DNA of 34,384 bases from Nitrospirota bacterium (GTDB taxonomy: Bacteria; Nitrospirota; UBA9217), in NCBI GenBank assembly GCA_037916085.1, contig JBAIYC010000456.1:1-34384 (forward strand). Reading direction: 5' to 3'. Position numbers and translations under genes: made by a program. The notes under the pieces were generated by a model that was not told the DNA's origin, did not search any database, and worked only from the letters and a program-made list of their open reading frames with translations. Each line of letters starts with the position of its first letter. Position 1 is the first letter of the stretch. This document shows, piece by piece, positions 26,303-34,384 of this stretch.

Positions 26303-27496
26303 ATGCAAAGCCATATCCTCACCGTCACGCAACTGACCCGCCAGATCAGGGACCTTCTTGAAGGGACCTTCTCCGAAATATGGGTGGAAGGGGAGATATC
26401 GAACCTGACCGCCCCCCAGTCCGGCCACATTTACTTCACGCTGAAGGATGAGCAAGCCCAGATCCGGGCCGTCCTCTTCCGGTCTTCGCAGCGGCACCTC
26501 AAATTCACGCTCCAGCACGGCATGCGGGTCATCTGCCGCGGGAGGGTGAGCGTCTATGAACCGCGAGGGGAATACCAGGTCATCGTGGAGTACATCGAGC
26601 CAAAGGGGGTCGGTGCGCTGCAGAAGGCCTTCGAGGAGCTCAAGGCGCGGCTCGAACGCGAAGGGCTTTTCAACCTCGACCGAAAGCGTCCGCTGCCGGT
26701 CCTGCCGAGCAGAATCGGTATCGTGACGTCACCGACCGGTGCGGCGATCCGTGATATTTTACGGGTCATGCGGCGGAGGCATCCACGCATGGGGGTCCTC
26801 GTGTACCCGGTGCCCGTCCAGGGCCCTGCTGCAGCCCCGGCCATCGCCGAGGCCATCGGCTATTTCAACCGCGAGAAGTGCGTGGACGTGATGATCGTGG
26901 GACGGGGCGGGGGATCGCTGGAGGACCTGTGGGCTTTCAATGAGGAGGCCGTTGCACGTGCCATCTACGCCTCCCGGATACCCGTCATCTCGGCTGTCGG
27001 GCATGAAACGGACTATAGCATCGCCGATTTCGTCGCCGATCTTCGGGCGCCAACACCCTCGGCTGCCGCTGAGATGGTTGTGGAGAGCGAGGAACACCTG
27101 CGTAGCGCCGTGCATGGCCTGCTGTCACGCCTCACGGCGGCGGTCCGTTCCGAAATGGAGCAGGTCCGCATCCGGCTCGACCATGCGATCCGGCTGCTGG
27201 GGGACCCGCGGAAAAGGACACAGGAGTACGGCCAGCGTATCGATGAACTGCAGGCCCGGCTGGCGTACGGTCTTCGAAACGTGCTGCGGCAGGGGAGAAC
27301 GAGACTGGGTTCGATGACCGCCGCGTTGGACCATCTGAACCCGCTGGGAATCCTCTCCCGGGGATACAGCGTGACGAGGCGGGAGCCGGCAGGGACCATC
27401 ATCAAGAACGCAGGGGATGTGCTTCCCGGAGACAGGATCAGGACGCAGGTGTTTAAGGGAGTGATCGTCTCGCACGTCGAAGAACGGAAGGAATGA
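26303..27496 (+). CDS. xseA: Exodeoxyribonuclease VII large subunit
   Basis: WVEGEISN, SGH.YFTLKD, TSPTGAAIRD, GRGGGSLEDLWAFNEE, SAVGHETD, APTPSAAAE. Confidence 0.97.
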   Translation: MQSHILTVTQLTRQIRDLLEGTFSEIWVEGEISNLTAPQSGHIYFTLKDEQAQIRAVLFRSSQRHLKFTLQHGMRVICRGRVSVYEPRGEYQVIVEYIEPKGVGALQKAFEELKARLEREGLFNLDRKRPLPVLPSRIGIVTSPTGAAIRDILRVMRRRHPRMGVLVYPVPVQGPAAAPAIAEAIGYFNREKCVDVMIVGRGGGSLEDLWAFNEEAVARAIYASRIPVISAVGHETDYSIADFVADLRAPTPSAAAEMVVESEEHLRSAVHGLLSRLTAAVRSEMEQVRIRLDHAIRLLGDPRKRTQEYGQRIDELQARLAYGLRNVLRQGRTRLGSMTAALDHLNPLGILSRGYSVTRREPAGTIIKNAGDVLPGDRIRTQVFKGVIVSHVEERKE

Positions 27497-27718
27497 TCAC
27501 GCGCCGGACGTGGGCTGTTCGAAGATGATCGGCGGGAGCATGGTATCCGTGCCTGAATGCGTGATGACCTTGCCTTTCTTCACCCGAACATAGATTTCGA
27601 TGCTTTCACGGACCATCTCGCGGACGCTCTTCTGGGTGAGCGATTCCAGATCACGGAGGGCCCTCACGTGCTCGTGGTCAAGACAGAACTCGCTTTCCTT
27701 CGAATCATCAGTCATCAT
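27497..27718 (-). CDS. Small ribbon-helix-helix (CopG-like) protein
   Basis: AAGGAG RBS; fits the xseA-xseB gap without overlap; strand-helix-helix pattern SEFCL-DHEHVRALRDLE-KSVREMVRESIEIY. Confidence 0.6.
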   Translation of the reverse strand: MMTDDSKESEFCLDHEHVRALRDLESLTQKSVREMVRESIEIYVRVKKGKVITHSGTDTMLPPIIFEQPTSGA

Positions 27719-27828
27719 GTCTCCTTCATAAGGCCGGGGCTCTTATCACTGGAAGGCGCGGCAGGTTCCCGGCGCAAACAAGACCGTGTTCTGTTCTTCT
27801 CGTCAACCCCGGGAAGGGCTGATTTGCC

Positions 27829-27857
27829 TTGTTTTTCAAGGGAGCTGCCGATATAAT
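27829..27857 (+). promoter_or_regulatory. Putative sigma70 promoter for xseB-ispA-dxs
   Basis: TTGTTT (27829-27834), 17 bp spacer, TATAAT (27852-27857). Confidence 0.55.
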
Positions 27858-27900
27858 GATGCTCATGCCCGGCGTTGCCGGGTTGCGGGAGATCGTCCTC

Positions 27901-28131
27901 ATGGCGGAAAAGAAATTCGAGACGGCAATGGCGCGTCTCGAAGAGATCGTTAGCGATCTTGAAAAAGGTGATATCCCCCTGGATCAGTCGCTGAAGCTCT
28001 TTGAAGAAGGGGTCAAGCTTGCCCGTCTCTGCCAGACCCGGCTCCAGGAGGCCGAACGGAAGGTCGAGATTCTGCTGAAGGACGCGGCCGGCAATCTGGT
28101 CAAGAAGCCCTTCGAAGAAGAGGAAGCATAG
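27901..28131 (+). CDS. xseB: Exodeoxyribonuclease VII small subunit
   Basis: FE.AM.RLEEIV..LE.G...LD.SL.LFEEG..L...C...L..AE.KV; ATG 27901 after GGGAG. Confidence 0.95.
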   Translation: MAEKKFETAMARLEEIVSDLEKGDIPLDQSLKLFEEGVKLARLCQTRLQEAERKVEILLKDAAGNLVKKPFEEEEA

Positions 28132-28137
28132 CAGGCC

Positions 28138-29034
28138 ATGGCCGTCGATATCAAAGCATATCTCGCAAAGAAGCGCGCTGCTGTCGACGGGGCGCTTGAG
28201 TCGCTGGTACCGCCGCTACGAGCCTATCCTCCGAAGGTGTTCGAGGCGATGCGCTACAGCCTGTTCGCCGGCGGGAAGCGGGTCCGGCCGGTCCTGGCCT
28301 TAGCATCGGCCGAGGCCCTGGGCGTCAGGGACGCCGGACTCCTGCCGATCGCATCGTCGCTCGAGCTGATCCATACCTACTCGCTCATCCACGACGACCT
28401 TCCTGCCATGGACAACGATGATTATCGGCGGGGGCGGCCGACGTGCCACAAGGTCTATGGCGATGCGATCGCCATCCTCGCCGGCGACGGCCTGCTGAAC
28501 ATGGCCTTCGAGACGCTGTCCGATCCGCGCCGGCTCAAGGCGGTGCCGTCGAAACGGCTGGTCGGGATCATCCGCGAGATCTCCCGCGCATCGGGGTGCT
28601 TCGGAATGGTCGGCGGCCAGGTCGTTGACATGGAGTCGGAGGGCAAGGACGTCGATCTGGCCACGCTGGAATACATCCACACACACAAGACCGGCGCCCT
28701 GATCCGCGCATCAGTGCGGGTGGGCGCGCTCTATGCAGGAGCGTCGGAGACGCGTCTCCGGTCGCTTACGCACTACGGCGAAATGATCGGCCTTGCATTC
28801 CAGATCGCCGATGATATCCTTGACCTCACGGGCACGCAGGAGGAGATCGGCAAGGATGTCGGCAGCGACCTGAAAAAGGGGAAGACGACCTATCCGAGCT
28901 TTTACGGGCTGGACGAATCCCGCCGCCGGGCGCGAGAGGTTACGGAGCGAGCCGTAGCCGCGCTGCGCGGTTTCGACAAGAAGGCAGATCCCCTGCGGGA
29001 ACTGGCGAAGTATATCGTGACGAGGGTCAGCTAG
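28138..29034 (+). CDS. ispA: Farnesyl/geranylgeranyl diphosphate synthase
   Basis: [49 protein letters not shown]; xseB-ispA-dxs order. Confidence 0.93.
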   Translation: MAVDIKAYLAKKRAAVDGALESLVPPLRAYPPKVFEAMRYSLFAGGKRVRPVLALASAEALGVRDAGLLPIASSLELIHTYSLIHDDLPAMDNDDYRRGRPTCHKVYGDAIAILAGDGLLNMAFETLSDPRRLKAVPSKRLVGIIREISRASGCFGMVGGQVVDMESEGKDVDLATLEYIHTHKTGALIRASVRVGALYAGASETRLRSLTHYGEMIGLAFQIADDILDLTGTQEEIGKDVGSDLKKGKTTYPSFYGLDESRRRAREVTERAVAALRGFDKKADPLRELAKYIVTRVS

Positions 29035-29069
29035 GCACCGCAGGAAAGATGCATCACCGAGGTACGATC

Positions 29070-30992
29070 ATGATACTTGATTCGATCAACCGTCCATCCG
29101 ACCTCCGCAATCTCCCCGAGGGAGACCTTCCGGCACTGGCCGAAGAGATTCGCGAGACGATCGTCGGCACGGTCTCCCGGACGGGAGGCCACCTCGCGCC
29201 GAGCATGGGCGTCGTGGAACTGACGATCGCGCTTCACTACGCCTTCGATACGCCACAGGACAAGATCGTCTGGGATGTGGGGCATCAGGCCTATGCGCAC
29301 AAACTGCTGACAGGCCGCAGGGACCGGTTCGCCACCCTCCGGCAGTACGGGGGCATCAGCGGGTTCCCGAAGCGCGAGGAGAGCGACTGCGACCACTTCG
29401 GCGTGGGCCACGCCAGCACGTCGATCTCCGCGGCGCTCGGCATGGTCACCGCCCGGGACATCAAGCAGGAGCAGCACCGGGTCATTGCGGTCATCGGCGA
29501 CGGATCGATCTCGGCGGGCCTTGCCTTTGAAGGTCTGAACCAGGCGGGGCACCTCCAAAAGAGCCTGATCGTGGTCCTCAACGACAATGAGATGTCGATC
29601 TCGCAGAATGTGGGGGCATTATCGGCCTACCTCAATCGGATGATGACCGGCAATTTCTACACCAGGCTGCGGCGCGAGACCAAGCAGTTCCTCCAGGGCA
29701 TTCCCCGCGTCGGGGCATCCATGTTCCAGATCGCAAAGAAGGCTGAAGAATCCATCAAAGGCCTCGTCGCGCCCGGTCTCCTCTTCGAGGAACTGGGGTT
29801 CCAGTATGTGGGACCCATCGACGGCCACCGCATCGACCATCTCCTGGAGACCTTCCGGAACATCAAGGACTTCACCTGGCCCGTACTGGTCCATGTGATC
29901 ACCAAGAAGGGAAAGGGGTGCGAGTTTGCCGAGTGCAATCCCTCGCAGTATCACGGCGTTCCTCCCTTCGATCCCGAAACGGGGAAGCCGGCGGCGAAGA
30001 AGCAGATGGTCATGAGCTACACCGAGGTGTTCGGCCAGACGATGCTCAAGCTTGCCGAGGACAATGACAGGGTCGTTGCCATCACGGCGGCCATGTCGGA
30101 CGGCACGGGGCTGGAGAAGTTCTCCACGCAGTATCCTGACCGTTTCTTCGATGTCGGCATCGCAGAATCGCACGGAGTGACCTTCGCCTGCGGCATGGCT
30201 GCCGAGGGGCTACGGCCGGTAGCGGCCATCTACTCGACCTTCATGCAGCGGGCCTATGACCAGGTGATGCATGACCTCTGTCTCCAGAAACTGCCGGTGA
30301 CGCTGGCCCTGGACCGCGCGGGGCTGGTGGGGGAGGACGGGCCGACCCATCATGGCGTTTTCGATCTGGCATATCTCCGCCATCTCCCGAACATGGTGGT
30401 GATGGCGCCGAAGGACGAGAATGAGCTGCAGCATATGATCAAGACCGCTGTGGACTACGACGGTCCGGCAGCAGTACGGTATCCGCGGGGGACGGGAATC
30501 GGCGTCCCGATGGATCAGGAGCTGAAGGACATCGAACTGGGCAAGGGAGAGGTGCTGCGCGACGGCGGGGACCTGGTGATCGTCGCTATCGGGAACATGG
30601 TGAAGCCGTCGATGGACGCCGCGGAGCGACTGGCGGCAGAGGGGATCTCCGCAGCCCTCGTGAACGCGCGGTTCGTGAAACCCCTGGACGAGGAGCTCAT
30701 TCTGGGGCTTGCCAGGAGGACAGGGAGGATCGTCACCGTGGAAGAACATGCCCTCCAGGGAGGGTTCGGGAGCGCGGTGCTCGAATGTCTCGAGAGCAGT
30801 CGCGTATCGGGCATCAAGACCTTCCGCATCGGGCTTCCCGACCGGTTCATCGAGCACGGAGCGCAGGCGATCCTCCGGCAGCGGTACGGCCTTGACGCCG
30901 AGGGCATCTACGGCGCGGTGAAGGCCTTCCTGGAGAAGACGAGCCTGAAGGCTGTCGCGCCCGTAGTGAACTTGAAGATGAAGGACGCCTGA
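29070..30992 (+). CDS. dxs: 1-deoxy-D-xylulose-5-phosphate synthase
   Basis: [60 protein letters not shown]; ATG 29070 after GAGGT. Confidence 0.98.
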   Translation: MILDSINRPSDLRNLPEGDLPALAEEIRETIVGTVSRTGGHLAPSMGVVELTIALHYAFDTPQDKIVWDVGHQAYAHKLLTGRRDRFATLRQYGGISGFPKREESDCDHFGVGHASTSISAALGMVTARDIKQEQHRVIAVIGDGSISAGLAFEGLNQAGHLQKSLIVVLNDNEMSISQNVGALSAYLNRMMTGNFYTRLRRETKQFLQGIPRVGASMFQIAKKAEESIKGLVAPGLLFEELGFQYVGPIDGHRIDHLLETFRNIKDFTWPVLVHVITKKGKGCEFAECNPSQYHGVPPFDPETGKPAAKKQMVMSYTEVFGQTMLKLAEDNDRVVAITAAMSDGTGLEKFSTQYPDRFFDVGIAESHGVTFACGMAAEGLRPVAAIYSTFMQRAYDQVMHDLCLQKLPVTLALDRAGLVGEDGPTHHGVFDLAYLRHLPNMVVMAPKDENELQHMIKTAVDYDGPAAVRYPRGTGIGVPMDQELKDIELGKGEVLRDGGDLVIVAIGNMVKPSMDAAERLAAEGISAALVNARFVKPLDEELILGLARRTGRIVTVEEHALQGGFGSAVLECLESSRVSGIKTFRIGLPDRFIEHGAQAILRQRYGLDAEGIYGAVKAFLEKTSLKAVAPVVNLKMKDA

Positions 30993-31037
30993 AGTCAGCG
31001 CGGATGTGGGAATGCCGTTTGCGGAATTGAATCCAGG

Positions 31038-31074
31038 AAGGGCGCCGGAAGACATTTCGGCGCCCTTTGGTTTT
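31038..31074. terminator. Terminator hairpin between convergent dxs and DUF2845-like gene
   Basis: AAGGGCGCCGGAA-gaca-TTTCGGCGCCCTT followed by TGGTTTT. Confidence 0.7.
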
Positions 31075-31083
31075 GCCGCGGGC

Positions 31084-31683
31084 TCAGCGGACGCCGTATT
31101 TGCCGGTCCGCACGTCAACAACCCTGCCGTTCCGGAACGTGATGATCCGCATGAAGCGCTGGGGGCCGAAATTGTAGGTCCATTCTTCTACGGTCACGAC
31201 GACCTTCCGGGATCCGGTCGCGCCCATCGGCTGCCACAGCTCCTCATCATGGGAGGTCCGGTAGAAGGGCTCGCCGCACTTGTTCAGCACGTCCACCTGG
31301 GTGTCGCCGGTTGAAATGATGCGGTCGCCGCACTCGGGCTTCGCTGTATCGCTGTCCCTGGGCAGCCCGTACTCGCGACCAGTCCGGACGTCAGTGACCA
31401 CACCGTTGCGTATCGTGACGATACGGAGCAACTGCTGAGGTCCGAAATCATAGGTCCACCTCTCCACGGTGACATAGGTTTGCTGCCTCAGGCCTGCCGC
31501 CGGCCGTTCGGTGAGCTCTTCCTGGTGCGATTCCTTCCAGGCAGGCTGTCCGCATTTGACGACGAGATCGACGACAGAATCCCCCGTGGAAACGATGCCG
31601 CCCTCGCAGGAGATGCTCGAAGCGCCCGCTGCCGTCGGAAGGACGCCGACCAGAGCGATAAGAAGCAAAGTCCGCAGCAGCAT
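31084..31683 (-). CDS. Exported protein with two tandem DUF2845-like domains
   Basis: ATG 31683 after AAGGAAGGGG; signal peptide MLLRTLLLIALVGVLPTAAGA; two copies of C...I.STGD...D...KCG.P....V.VE.WTY.FGPQ...RI....NG.V.DVRTG. Confidence 0.82.
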   Translation of the reverse strand: MLLRTLLLIALVGVLPTAAGASSISCEGGIVSTGDSVVDLVVKCGQPAWKESHQEELTERPAAGLRQQTYVTVERWTYDFGPQQLLRIVTIRNGVVTDVRTGREYGLPRDSDTAKPECGDRIISTGDTQVDVLNKCGEPFYRTSHDEELWQPMGATGSRKVVVTVEEWTYNFGPQRFMRIITFRNGRVVDVRTGKYGVR

Positions 31684-31778
31684 GAAATTCCCCTTCCTTG
31701 CCCGGACCTTCACGGGCCTGGCATCATTATAGCGCTGCATGCGGCAAATTGCTGCTCTTCCATCCCGCCGGTGCCGTT

Positions 31779-34384
<2,606 letters not shown>

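Overview
GC-rich bacterial chromosomal window, probably Nitrospirota/Thermodesulfovibrionia-like (inferred from the DsrA and DsrD types and gene order; not provable here). Left arm (1-6.5 kb): sigma54-dependent response regulator, IMPase/FBPase, orphan MglA-type GTPase, ispD-ispF, DUF4124-like exported protein, cysE and a divergently transcribed OsmC-family gene. Centre (7.2-19.2 kb): one contiguous dissimilatory sulfite reductase cluster, dsrA-B-D-N-[Cys-motif ORF]-dsrC-ferredoxin-dsrH-dsrE-dsrF-dsrT-M-K-J-O-P. It combines reductive-type DsrAB and a non-canonical DsrD with a TusE/oxidiser-like DsrC and a permuted DsrHEF sulfur relay, with no dsrL in the window. It is preceded by an AT-rich control region containing candidate sigma54, IHF, palindromic and sigma70 sites. 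Right arm: yhaM-like, ftsY, zapA, 6S RNA, rarA, rny, ymdB-like, xseA, an inserted antisense RHH-like gene, xseB, ispA and dxs. On the minus strand at the end are a tandem-DUF2845-like protein and the tail of a strongly divergent F1-ATPase operon (atpG partial, atpD with a duplicated N-terminal helix, atpC). No rRNA, tRNA, CRISPR array or mobile element was seen. All family assignments are from motif recognition by eye; no searches were run.
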